This document shows positions 40,000 to 54,687 of a stretch of DNA of 64,000 bases, in pieces. Origin of the DNA: Octopus vulgaris (taxonomy: Eukaryota). The notes beneath the pieces are model-generated. The model made no database searches. It saw only the letters and a program-made list of their open reading frames with translations, and was not told the DNA's origin. The translations under genes were made by a program, and so were the position numbers. Positions within the stretch are counted from its first letter, which is position 1. Each line of letters starts with the position of its first letter. The stretch lies in contig OX597816.1 in assembly GCA_951406725.2 (NCBI GenBank), forward strand, positions 166,160,001 through 166,224,000, in the 5' to 3' direction.

Positions 40000-42720
40000 G
40001 ACGAATTCTTGTCTGAGCATGTAGCAGAAAGTTGAACACCTGTGATAGATACATAAGTATGTGTAGTAGATATATGGGTACATGTTGCAAATGAATGTAG
40101 TCTGTGGCAGACATATGGGTACATGTAGTAGATATACAGGAACATGTAACGTCTTGTTGTGTACTTGTGGCAGATAAATGAGGCACGTATTGCTGACAGT
40201 TGAATATCTTTAGTAAATATCTTTAGCAAATGTATTGGTACATGTAGCAGACAGTTGAATAATTGTGGCAGTATAGATGGAAGCACTCCGTCGGTTACGA
40301 CGACGAGGGTTCCGGTTGATCCGATCAATGGAACAGCCTGCTCATGAAATTAACGTGTAAGTGGCTGAGCACTCCACAGACACGTGCACCCTTTACGTAG
40401 TTCTCGGGGATATTCAGCGTGACACAGAGAGTGACAAGGCCGGCCCTTTGAAATACAGGTACAACAGAAACAGGAAGTAAGAGTGAGAGAAAGTTGTGGT
40501 GAAAGAGTACAGCAGGGATCACCACCATCCCCTGCCGGAGAATCGTGGAGCTTTAGGTGTTTTCGCTCAATAAACACTCACAACGCCCGGTCTGGGAATC
40601 GAAACCGCGATCCTATGACCGCGAGTCCGCTGCACTAACCACTGGGCCATTGCGCCTCCTCTGTGGTAGTATGTGAGTACATGTAATAGACATATGATTA
40701 CATGTATCAGATATATGGCTACATGTAGTACATATATTGGTAAATGTAGCAGATATTTAAGTACCTGTGGTTGATAGTCAAATACCTACAGTGGATAAAT
40801 TTGTATATGCAACAGGCAATTGAGCAATTGTGGAAGACCATTGGGTACACCTGACATATATATGAGTGCATGCAGCAGGGAGCTGAAAACCTGCAGCAAA
40901 TATAGGGATACATATGGGAGAGAGCTGAGTACCTGTGACAAATATATGGTACATGAACAGACAGTTGAATAGCTGTGGCAGATACCTGGGTATACATAGC
41001 AAATATCAGTGCACGTAGAAAGTAGCTGAGTTGATAAATGTGGTTGGTCTTGCAAAAAAAGAGTGGAGGCGCAATGGCCCAGTAGTTAGAGCAGCGGACT
41101 CTCAGTTGGAGGATCGAGGTTTCGATTCCCAGACCGGGCGTTGTGTGTGTTTATTGAGTGAAAACACCTAAAAGCTCCATGAGGCTCTGGCAGGGGGTGG
41201 TGGCGACCCCTGTTGTACTCTTTTGCCACAAATTTCTCTCACTCTCTCTTCCTGTTTCTTGAGTAATGCTGTGATGGACTGGCATCCCGTCCAGCTGGGG
41301 GGAACACATACACTACAGAAACCAGGCCCATGAGCCTGGCTAGACTTTAAAAGGGCAATGTTTATCATTTTATCATTGCTAAAATAAGGGTATATGATAT
41401 GTAGCAGACAATTGAGTAGATGTGGTATAGGCAATGTGACCAATATGGGTGTAGACAGCAGGTAGTTGATATATGAGGCACATGTGGTAGACAGTTGACT
41501 TGCTATGCTAGACAGTTGCATACCTGTGGTGAATATGGATACCTGGGGGGGAATATTAGTACAAGCAGCAGGTAGTTGAGTATCTGTGTAGATACATGGG
41601 AAAAGTAGCAAATAATTGGGTATCTGTGGTAGATATATATATGGGTACATAAACAGACAGCTATGTAGTTGTGGCAAATAACTGAGTGCATGTTGCAATT
41701 AGTTGAGTACATGTGGCAGATGTATGAGGTACATATAACAGTATGTTCAATAACCATGGTGGCAAGTAGTTGAGTAGCTGTGGTAAATGTGACCTCATGT
41801 AGCAAATGTAGCATGCAGATGAGCACCTGTAGCTGATGTATGAAGTACATGTAGCAAAATGTTCAATACTCTTGGAGGCAAGTAGCTGAATAGCTGTGGT
41901 AAATGTGACCTCGTGTAGCAAATGTAGCAAGCAGATGAGCACCTGTGGCAGATGTATGAGGTACATGTAGCAAAATGTTCAATACTCTTGGTGGCAAGTA
42001 GTTGAATAGCTGTGGAAAATGTGAGTTCATGTAGCAAGTTGATGAGTAAGTGTAGCAGATATATGGGTGTGTGTGATAAGTAATTGTATACAAACAGTAG
42101 ATGTATGAAGCACACGTAGCTGACTGTTGAGTTGTTGTGGCTGATATAGGGTACATAAAGCAGTAGCTGAATGTCTTGCATCAATCAGTGTACATGTGGC
42201 TGTCATATAAGTATTTATAGATTACATGTGTGATGCATGTAGCTGTAGACTGAGTTTTTTGAAGCTGAAAGCTGGAATAGTTGCAGTTGACAATTAGACA
42301 TGTGGTACTTGCAGATGTTGATAGCATACTCACAATAGAACACATGCATGTCAGTGGTATACTTGTACATGTTGCTGGTATATTGCCGAAGTGAATGGTG
42401 CACTTGCAACACTCACTGATGTATTGCAGCAGTGAATGGAAGGTTGCAACAGTCACTGGCATATTGCAGCAACAAATGGTGCACTTGTTGCAGTTAATTG
42501 GGTACTTACAGAGTTCAGATTTGCAGAAGTCAATAAAGAACTTGCAGAGGTCAAGGTTGTACTTACAGAGATTAATGGGGGTACTTGCAGTAGACACAGA
42601 TGTGCTTGCAGCAGTGAATGAATGGGGTACTTGAAGTAGACACTGGTGTACTTTCAGCAGTGAAAGGGGTACTTGGACTGGAGAACAGGGTACCTGTAGC
42701 AGAGTACACAGATGCAAAAC
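40000..42720. repeat. Large degenerate satellite-like tract, including a 116-bp triplication at about 41712-42040
   Basis: Recurring GTACATGTAGCAGA / GTTGAGTAGCTGTGGCAGAT motifs; two SINEs inserted. Confidence 0.7.
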
Positions 42721-43766
42721 TGTTTCAAGTAACAAGTTTTCTCACTGGTCAGACAAAACTTATTTGTGTAAACTTGAGTATTCATTGTTATAGTTAATAA
42801 ATTGTAAAAGATGGTTAGTTGATAGAAATGGTAAAAAGTTTGGAGAGAAAACTGTAAGAAATTTAGTTTTACCTCCTTACATTTCTGAGTTCAAATTATA
42901 CTAAGCTGTACTAAGCTGTTAAAATACAAATCAAACATATATTGGAATTCATTCGTAAGTTTTGATATGAAAACACATTTGAAACTCCTACTGGTTATGT
43001 GATACAAACTTCTTGCTTTAAAGCGATCTATATTAAGACCTTTCATCAAAACTCAATGTAAATTTATTACAAACACCAAATTAATAATAATGATGAACTG
43101 TTGTGTCTGTGGAGAGTCATTTTCTTTTTGTGCCTTATAATGTAACACACTCACCAGTAAAATTTCCACTTATTTCATGTTTTATTTTCCTAAAATAAAG
43201 AAAGTCTGCTTGATTATGCCAGGTCTGCCTGACTGGGTCCCATGCCAGTGGCATGTAAAAAGCACTATCTGAATGTGGCCGATGCCAGTGCCCCCTGACT
43301 GGCTCCCATGCTAGTGGCACATAAAAAGTATTATCTGAACATGATCGACGCCAGGGTCGCTTGACTGGCTCCTATGCAGGTGGCACGTAAAAAGCATCCA
43401 CTACACTCTCAGAGTGGTTAGCATTAGAAATGACATCCAGCTGTAGAAACCTTGCCAGATCAGATTGGAGCCTGGTACAGCCACTGGCTTTCCAGACTTC
43501 AGTCAACCCGTCCAACCCATGCCAGTGTGGAAAACGGATGTTAAACAATGATGATGATGAGTATTAAATATTTTCCATCTTGTTATTTTGCTATTAGTCA
43601 TAGGCGTAGGAGTGGCTGTGTGGTAAGTAGCTTGTTTATGAACCACATGGTTCCGGGTTCAGTCCCACTGCGTGGCATCTAGGGCAAGTGTCTTTCTACT
43701 ATAGCTTCGGGCCAACCAAAGCCTTGTGAGTGGATTTGGTAGAATGGAAACTGAAAGAAGCCTGTC

Positions 43767-44858
<1,092 letters not shown>

Positions 44859-45553
44859 GTCATCGTCGTCGGATGTCTGCTTTCCATGCTGGCATGGGTT
44901 GGACAGTTTGACTGAGAACTGGCAAGCCAGGAAGCTGCACCAGGCTCCAATTTGATTTGGCAAGGTATATGCAGCTGGATGCCCTTTCTAACGCCAACCT
45001 CTCCAAGAGTGTAGCAGGTGCTTTTATGTGCCACTGGCACAGGAGCCATTTAGACAGTATTGGCATCAACCACGCTCGAAAGGCACTTTTATGTGCCAGC
45101 CAAGCAGCACTGGCATCAGCCACGCTTGAATGGTACTTTTTACTTGCCACCGGTCCATATATATACATATGCACTAAGTCATTTCCACTTCAGGTAAGGA
45201 ATTATCGATCTCCTTCAGATGGATCCCACAGCAGGATTTGAAAGCTTGACAATGATATAGTGCTCCCTCTGCTTACAGTGTACATCAACACGGTACCTGC
45301 TTATATCTAAATGGGCTGGGCCGATAAGAGCTCAGATTGGTTTCATAGCCAAGCTCTACTTCAACAAAGACTGCCGAGACACTGAACAATACAACTGCAA
45401 CCACAACAAAACAAACTCTCTTGCAACAAAAAACAGCCGCAGCAGGGTGGAGTTGAGTAAATTCAATTGTTCTACGCGACGGTCCCTATCGAACACACAA
45501 TCAGTACTTCACAAGTTTTGTTACTGGTGTTATTGTAATAGAGAGTCACTTAT

Positions 45554-45592
<39 letters not shown>

Positions 45593-47152
45593 GAGACAGA
45601 ATAGATAAATGTTATTAATTCCTGTTTCTCTGTTACAGCTAAAATTACAGATATATGTGTATACATGTATAGATATGTTTTATGAGAGACAGAGAGAGTA
45701 AAGACAGACACACCCAGGATCATTCACAAGAGATATACACACACACTCTCTCTATTTCTCTCTCTTTCTCCACACCCCTCTACATTCACAAAATCTGGAT
45801 TACAAATCAGAGATATTAATTTCACCAAAAACTTCAACATGGCTTGTGGTGAGATCTTCAGATTTGCTTCACTGACAATGCGGGACATATTATCCATGGG
45901 TTTGTACCCGATACTCCTAAACAACAGGATGAGCATCCAGCCATAGAAAATCTGCCTGAATGAATTCCATCTGACCAATGCAAGCATGGAAAGGTGGACA
46001 TTAGGACAACAATGAAGGTGATGATGACAATGATGACGATGACAATGAGGAGGAGGAGGAGGATGTTAAGATGATGAATGGTCTTTGATCAAAACTGACT
46101 TGAGTGTAATTAACAACAGCAACAGGAGGATCGCGGTTTCAATTCCCAGACTGGGCGCTGTGTGTGTTTATTGAGCAGAAACACCTAAAGCTCCATGAGG
46201 CTCCGGCAGGGTGTGGTGGCGACCCCTGTTGTACACTTTCGCTCCAACTTTCTCTCACTCTTTCTTCCTGTTTCCTGTCCCTGACTTCCTACGCAATCGC
46301 TGAACCTGGATGTGCATTCACCCATCCGTCGATGCTCTCGGTGTCGGGGGTTGACCTGCTTTCTCTTCTGCGGGTCTTACAAATAGCAAAGGACCACATT
46401 TCGGACTTCTCCCACTACAGAGGCATGATTTTGCGAGCTCTGGGACAAAGACCGCTTCGCTCAACAGCAACAGCAACAGCAACAGCAACAAAAAATGAAA
46501 AGAGAGTTCTAGAAACTCTAAAAAGATTCTTTCCTGATGTTACAAAACTGAAAAAAAGGGTGAAACTTTGTGATATTTCAGTGTACTTTCTAGGTTTAAC
46601 TGGAAAACTGCCAAAAATTTGGCATGTATTCTTGAAAAAAACTATTCCACTATCAAAGAAATACATCCTTGAACAAAGCAAATCTTGGTATTATATTTAG
46701 ACCATTTTGTAATGGTAATTCCTAAGTGATAAGCCAGAAAATAGGGACAAGCTTATGGGTTTGGCTCTTTTAAGAACTTCTTTTTTCTTTGATGCCATTA
46801 CTGTATGAAACTGTAGACTCTTCACAGCTGCTAGCTTGGAAATGGATGCAGTTTTTCAGTTCTAGAAATACTTAGTTCAACTAATTGCTTAACCAAACAT
46901 GCACTCAATTAGCAGCAGCAGCAGCAGTAGCAGCCACAGTAGTAGTTGTAGCAGCAGCAGCAGCAGTAGTAGTAGCAGTCACCTCATGAATGAAAATAGA
47001 TCATGGTTTGCTTAAGAGAGCAGACACGGCAAGTTCTTTGCTAAAGAAACTAGAACATTCCAAACTATGTAATCACTTTGCTAAACCACCGTACTACAGA
47101 ATCAGTGCAGAACATAAGTTTGGAGTTTTAATGGATGCAAAGAACAATCAAA

Positions 47153-47225
<73 letters not shown>

Positions 47226-47299
47226 TAATAATAACAATAACAACAACAACAACAATAATAATAATAATTATAATAATAATAATAATAATAATAATAAAA

Positions 47300-49346
47300 T
47301 AGACAACCCAATGACTGGTGTAGCAGCACTATAGTCAACTGCTACAAAGGTAAAGGTGACGCTTTTGATAAAAATAATTACAGAGGTATCAAGTTGTTGG
47401 ATCAGGTAATGAAGGTCATGGAGAAGGTCATAGCCCAACTAATTAGGGAGAGAGTCAGTTTAGATGAGATGCAGTTTGGGTTCGTGCCAGGGAAAAACAT
47501 AACTGATGCTATATTTCTGGTAAGACAGCTGCAAGAGAAATACCTAGTCAAATATAAACTTCTGTACCGGGCTTTCGTTGCCATGGAGAAAGCCTTTGAC
47601 AGGGTCCCCCGATCCCTTATCTGGTGGTCAAGGAGGAAACTAGGGATAAATGAATGCTTAGTGAGAGCTGTGCAAGCCATGTACAGGGACGCCGTCAATA
47701 AGGTGAAGGTTGGCAACGAGTACAGTGAAGAATTCCGGGTAGAGGTAGGGGTCCACCAAGGTCAGTCCTCAGCCCCCTCCTATTTATCATAGTCCTCCAG
47801 GCAATATCAGAGGAATTCAAGACAAGATGCCCCTGGGAGCTCCTCTATGCTGATGACCTTGCTCTAATTGCTGAGTCACTATCAGAACTAGCGGAGAAGT
47901 TTCGGTTGTGGAAACAAGGATTAGAATCGAAGGACCTTAGAGTCAACCTAGCTAAAACCGAAGTCCTAATAAGTAGGAAGGCAGGCAAACCACAAATCCC
48001 TTCAGGTAGTTGGCCGTGCTTGATGTGTAGAAAAGGCGTAGGTAGAAATTCTATAAGATGTACCCAGTGTAAGCTATGGACACATAAGAGGTGCAGCAAT
48101 ATCAAAGGAAGATAATTTTTGTATGTGGCAGGAGGAATAAACACTGAAAATGTGCAAAGAACAACTTCCGCCACATTCCAGGGAGAAAAACTAGAAGAAG
48201 TTGATAGCTTCCACTACCTAAGTCAGTAGCAGGGGAGGGTGCGCTGAAAGTGTAGCTACAGAATAAGAATAGCCTGGGCAAATTTCAGAGAGCTCTTACC
48301 TCTGCTGGTGACAAAGGGCCTCTCGTTCAGAGTAAAAGGTAGACTGTATGATGCATGTATATGAACAGCCATGCTACATGGCAGTGAAACATGGTCCGTG
48401 ACTGCTGAAGACATGCATAAGCTTGCAAGGAATGAAGCCAGTATGCTCCGATGGATGTGTAATGTCAGTGTGCATACTCAATAGAGTGTAAGTACCTTGA
48501 GAGAAAAGTTGGACCTAAGAAGCATCAGATGTGGTGTGCAAGAGAGATGACTGTGCTGGTATGGTCATGTGGCGAGAATGGATGAGCATAGCTGAGTGAA
48601 GATGTGCCACACCCTAGCGGTTGAGGGAAACTGTGGAAGTGGTAGACCCAGGAAGACCTGGGGTGAGGTGGTGAAACATGACCTTCGAACAGCAGGCTTC
48701 ACTGATGCAATGACCAGTGACCGGGACCTTTGGAAATATGCTGTGCTTGAGTAGACCCGGCAAGCCAAGTGAGATCATAACCTCGTGGCCTATGCCAGGG
48801 GTGTAACCAGCCCACTTATGCATACCTTTCCTTCATTGGACGCTAAACTCTACTTGCGAAGTCCTGTTGAGGCAAGTGAAATCGAAATCGAAATCAAATT
48901 CGATGACTGGCATCCATGCTAGAGGAGCTCTAAGAGCACCATCTGAGCATGATCATTGCCAGAGCAGCAAAGTGGCCTCTGTGCTGGTGGCACATAAAAG
49001 CACCATTTGAGTGTGATCGTTACCAGCATTGCCTTACTGGCACGAGAAAAACATTCGAGTGAGGTTGTTGCCAGTGCCGCTGGACTGGCTCCTGTGCAGG
49101 TGGTACGTAAAAAACACCATTTGAGTGTAGCCGTTGCCAGTCCCACCTGACGGACCTTCATGCTGGTGACACGTAAAAGAACCCACTACACTCTCAGAGT
49201 GGTTGGCGTTAGGAAGGGCGTCCATCTGTAGAAACTCTGCCAGATTAGATTGGAGCCTTGTGCAGCCATCTGGTTTGCCAGTCCTCAGTCAAATCGTCCA
49301 ACCCATGCTAGCATGGAAAGTGGACGTTAAACGATGATGATGATGA
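47300..49346 (+). mobile_element. 5'-truncated RTE LINE with frameshifts
   Basis: RT motifs YRGIKLL, QFGFVPG, LYADD; 3'UTR and (GAT)n tail. Confidence 0.93.
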
Positions 49347-50006
49347 CAACACATTAGAAAGTGATAAGTGCAGAATCTTTGGAGAAACTGGTGAAACCAT
49401 ATGGCATATTACCAGAAGGAATGTAAGCAATGCCATGACAATATAGCCAGGCTTATCCATTGGACACTTTGCAACAAGTATGGACTTCACAGTGCAAAAA
49501 ATTGGTATAACCACAAACCCAAAAGCATTGTTGAAAATAAAAATGCCTAGATCCTGTGGGATTTTATGATTCAGTGTGACCATGAGATAGAGAATATGAA
49601 GCAAGACATAGTCTTAATTGAGAAAGAAAACAAACTATGCTGGATCATAGATATAGCATGTCAAGCTGACAATAAAGTATGCAGTAAGGAAGAAAGAAAA
49701 GTCGAGAGATATGACAGGTTAGCTTGGGAAGTTAAGCAGTTGCGGTCAATGAAAACGGTAGCAGTAGTACCAATAATTGTCGGAGTCCTGGGAACAGTGA
49801 GCAAAAATTTCGAGAACTATGTGAAACAAATAGGGACCGCAATAAGGGTGGAGCACTGCTTGGAACTGCTTGAATACTCTGGATGGTGCTCGAAAAATTA
49901 AAGGTGTTACCTTAGTTCACTAGTAGTGAACAGCTGACACTGTAGTACATCTCCAGTGTTAGAAGCTGTGCAAAGCAATAATAATCATAATAATAATAAT
50001 AATAAT
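49347..50006 (+). mobile_element. R4/Dong-like (restriction-like endonuclease) non-LTR 3' end with (TAA)n tail
   Basis: KCR..ETIWHI, LWDFMIQCDHEIENMKQDIVL..IIDIAC..K..RY..L..VVPIIVGVLG. Confidence 0.85.
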
Positions 50007-50372
50007 ATGCAGTACAAGACCAAAGCCTCCCCACCAGAAATTACCAAAAACATATAATGAAAAGAAACATAACAAGTAACTGCAGAATATGTGGAGATGG
50101 ACAAGAAACAATAAACCATATTATCTCTGGCTGTCCAGTTCTTGCTAAGAAGGAATATATTCACAGACACAACAGAGTTGGGATTTATATACACTGGAAA
50201 CTGTGACAATACTATGGAATAACAGCAGAAAAAAGATGGTATAGGCACACACTAGAAAAGGTCACAGAAAACGTGAAAGCAACCATACTCTGGGATATGC
50301 CAATACACACAGACAGAGAAATTAAGGCCAATAGGCCAGATATAGTTATCAGAGATCATCAAGAAAAAAATA
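50007..50372 (+). mobile_element. Second R4/Dong-like fragment starting in the TAA tail of the first
   Basis: QDQSLPTRNY..CRICG..ETINHIISGC..RHN..ILWDMPIHTDREIKANRPDIV (CCHC and PD..D endonuclease motifs). Confidence 0.88.
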
Positions 50373-51333
50373 TTTTCTTATTTTCTTATTTTCATCCGGT
50401 AAATGGCGGGCTTCTTCGAATTGCATTTCTGTTAGGAAAAGTTTTTTCGGAATAAAATTATTTAACAATTAAGGATAGCTTCTTAATAAGGAATCTTAAC
50501 AAGAAATTATCAGGTAGATAGCGTGAAAAACCTCATAAGAGAAAAATTTCGAAAATAATTCTTTCTTATTGAACATATTAATTTATTTATATATCTCTGC
50601 GGTAAGTACGAAATCACAGGTGATACAAGACTAAATTCATTTTTTTAAATGTCTTGCTTTGAAAAATTGCATTGGGTATGATTAGTAAAATTTTTGGTAG
50701 AAATGACTAATGTCCCTCTTAGCGTGAGGCATGTATGTATAATAATGCCCTCTATATATAAATATATATATATATACGATGGGCTTCTTTCAGTTTCCAT
50801 CTACCAAATCCACTCACAAGGCTTTGGTTAACCTGAGGCTATAGTAGAAGACACTTACCCAGAACCATGTGGTTGGGAAGCAAGCTACTTACCACACAGC
50901 CACTCCAGTGCCTATGCATGGACTCTTACAGTGATTGAGTTACAGTTTTGTAATATTGATTTTTAATATTGATAATATTTTATCTGACTATTGAATATTG
51001 ATATTTAATAGACAAATAGACAGATATATGGATTCCAATATATGCAGACAAACTAGATTGAGTTGAAATGTATTCTTTTCCATTAAAGTATATCAAAACT
51101 TCCTTGGCTAGCTAGAAATAACAGCAAATATTCCTCAAATCATACCCTATGGCTTAAAAAAACAAAGGGAAGAACTATTGCGTTATAGCACTTGACACAT
51201 ACACAATCAGAGTATAAAAATTATTACATGGTCACAGCTGGAACAAAATTAAATTGAGATTTGCTTGTCCTAGAGTTAAATAACAACAGCATCACTACCA
51301 ACAACGACAACAGTAAAAATTCTAAAGGCTTAC

Positions 51334-51524
51334 TTTCCAATCCACCACTGAGATCCTGTCGAGTTTGTATCTCTTCAGTGTTTGATGTTACCAACAAACT
51401 AGACATTTCTTTCTCGACTTCATCGAGTTTCCCCTTTTGTAACAAATACCGTGGACTTTCAGGTAACCAGATGAACCCAACAAATTGGATGACCGATGGG
51501 ATCAAGGCAAATCCCATTAGATAT
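51334..51524 (-). CDS. SLC2A13: HMIT-like exon (191 nt)
   Basis: ttgcag|...|gtaagc; YLMGFALIPSVIQFVGFIWLPESPRYLLQKGK..., PESPR motif; phase matches previous exon. Confidence 0.93.
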
Positions 51525-51925
51525 CTGCAAAGAAATATAACTGTGAAAAACGATCAAAGAATATATCTTTGGCAAATACGGTGTTACTATTTTAAATCTC
51601 AGAGGAAATAAAAGAGAAGACTGAATTAAAAAGTAATAAATGGTATTAAATGTGATTAAGATAATCATCAGTTTGAAGGCATTTCCTGCCATTTCTGTGG
51701 ATGAAGAGTCTCTTTTCTTTTACTTGTTTCAGTCATTTGACTGCGGCCATGCTGGAGCACCGGCTTTAGTCGAGCAAATCGACCCCAGGACTTATTCTTT
51801 GCAAGCCTAGTACTTACTCTATCGGTCTCTTTTGCCAAACCGCTATGTTACGGGGACGTAAACGCACCAGCATCAGTTGTCAAGTGATGTTGGGAGGACA
51901 AACACAGATACAGAAACATATACAC

Positions 51926-51968
<43 letters not shown>

Positions 51969-54302
51969 TATATACAGCGGGCTTCTTTCAGTTTCCGTCT
52001 ACCAAATCCACTCATAAGGCTTTGGTCGGTCCAAGGCTATAGTAGAAAACACTTGCCGACGGTGCCACGCAGTGGGACTGAACCCGGAACCATGTGGTTC
52101 GTAAGCAAGCTACTTACCACACAGCCACTCCTGCGCCTAGAAGATTTTCTATGAAATAATACACAGTGATAATTCCTCATTGTCCAATCAAGGCTATAAA
52201 AAGGAACTGGACACAATAATCAAACTCTGTATACTTACAGTGCTCTCGCAGCATACAACACTGACCTGTGCATACGAATGAAGCCTATTAACAATAAAAA
52301 GAAGTGAGCCAGTGGGATCTGTGACAGACTGGAGGCACATGGCCTAGTGGTTAGAACAGCGGACTCGCGGTCGAGGGATCGCGGGTTCAAATCTCAGACT
52401 GAGCGATGTGTGTGTTTATGAGTGAAACACTTAAGCTCCATGCGGCTCCGACAGAAGGTAATGGCGAACTTCTGCTGTCTCTATCACCACAACTTTCTCT
52501 CACTCTTTCCTCCTGCTTCTTGCAGCTCACCTGTGACGGACCGGCATCCCATCCAGGTGGGGAACCTATACACCAAGAAACCGGGAAACTGGCCCTTATG
52601 AGCCAGGCATGGCTCAAGAAGGAAAAAAAATAATAAAATCTGACAGATTGTAAATGCAGTGTATGACCATTGGTGAGTCTACTTATATCTTCACTGTTGA
52701 ACAATTGAGGGAATCTCTGCGATAACAACAGTCTTTAAGTTGAGTTAACATACTAGAAATAGTAGTTAAAATTGCTTCAAATCATCTAGTTTCTTATAAA
52801 AGGCAAGGAGACATTAGATAATATAATCCTGATAAGAGCCTTCCCTCACAAGCCAATAGATTTGTGCTGTGCTTGAGAAGACCCAGCAAGCCAAGTGAGA
52901 CCATAACCGTGGCCTATGCCAGTGCAGCATAACCAGCCCATTGAAGAGTACCCTTCAATCATTGCGTAATAAACAGCGCTTGTGAAGACCTGTTGAGGGA
53001 GTGAAATCGTTTTCGTGGCCAATGGCAGTATCGCCTGATTGCATGTAAAAAACACCATTTGAGCATGATCGTTGCCATGCCACCTGACTGGCCCCTTTGT
53101 CGCTGGCACATAAAAAGCACCATTTGAGTGGGGCCGATGCCAATACCACCTGACTAGCCCTCGTGCCGGTGGCATGTAAAAAGCACCCACTACACTCTCG
53201 GAGTGGTTGGCATTAGGAAGGGCATCCAGCTGTAAAAACTTCTCCCGATCAGATTGGAGACTGGTGCGGCCTTCTGGCTTTCCAGACCTCAGTCAAACCA
53301 TACAACCCATGCCAGTATGGAAAATGGACATTAAACGATGATGATACATACCAAGCACAAGGTGACAAGCAGCAGAGTCATTACTGCACCAGACTTGAAG
53401 AATGACAACCCTTCAGCTAGTCAGCTACTGTCAAACTGTCCAATACATGCCAACATGGAAAATGTATGTTAAATGATGATGATGATGATGATATACAAGT
53501 GTATATATATATATATATATCGAAATTGAACCAATCCTATGACTGGCACCCGGCAGATGCCAGGACCCCTGGACTGGTGGTACATAAAAAGCACTATCCG
53601 AATCGTGGCCGATGCCAGCGCCGCCTCGACTGGCTTCTGTGCCGATGGCACGTAAAAGCACCATCCGAATCGTGGCCGAAGCCAGTGCCGCCTCGACTGG
53701 CTTCCGTGCCGGTGGCACGTAAAATGCACCAATCCGACCGTGGCCGTTACCAGCCTCGCCTGGCACCTGTGCGGGTGGCACGTAAAAAGCACCCACTACA
53801 CTCACGGAGTGGTTGGCGTTAGGAAGGGCATCCAGCTGTAGAAACATTGCCAGATAAGACTGGAGCCTGGTGCAGCCTTCTGGCTTCCCAGATCCCCGGT
53901 CGAACCGTCCAACCCATGCTAGCATGGAGAACGGACGTTAAACGATGATGATGATGATGATGATATACATATATTGCCTTACTGGCAATTACCAGCGTTG
54001 CCTCACTGGCACAGGAAAAAACATTCGAGCAAGGTCATTGCCAGTGCCACTGTACTGGCTCCTGTGTAGGTGGCATGTAAAAACTACCATTTGAGCATGG
54101 CCATTGCCAGTACCACCTGACTGGCCCACATGCCGGTGGCACATAAAAGCACTCACTACACTCTCGGAGTGGTTGGCGTTAAGAAGGGCATCCAGCTGTA
54201 GAAACTCTGCCAGATCATATTGGAGCCTGGTGCAGCCATCTAGTTTGCCAGTGCTCAGTGAAATCGTCCAACCCATGCCAGCATGGAAAGCGGACGTTAA
54301 AC

Positions 54303-54335
<33 letters not shown>

Positions 54336-54527
54336 ACATATATATATATAAAAATACACTTATCCTCCTCCTCATCATTGTTTAATGTCGGCTTTCCATG
54401 CTGGCATGGGTTGGATGGTTTGACAGGTCTGGAGAACCAGAAGGCTGCACCAGGCTCACGTTTTGTTTTTGTATATACATGTATGTGTGTGTACATTTTA
54501 CAAAGGCCATTCATTGCTTGAACTTAC

Positions 54528-54687
54528 CGCCAACTTTCATGTTTAATATAGCTGAAGGCTGCAGCTAAAAGAACAGAGAAAAACAGACCAAATATTAAAG
54601 CAGATTGATTAAGAACCATAGCGTATCCTCTATATTTCGTTGGACTGCTTTCAGCTAAATACACCGGCACTGCCACCGAAGAGAGAC
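54528..54687 (-). CDS. SLC2A13: SLC2A13/HMIT-like transporter, most 5' exon found (160 nt)
   Basis: ttccag|...|gtaagt; translates (G)LSSVAVPVYLAESSPTKYRGYAMVLNQSALIFGLFFSVLLAAAFSYIKHESW(R), the sugar-porter PVYxAExSPxxxRG motif. Confidence 0.93.
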
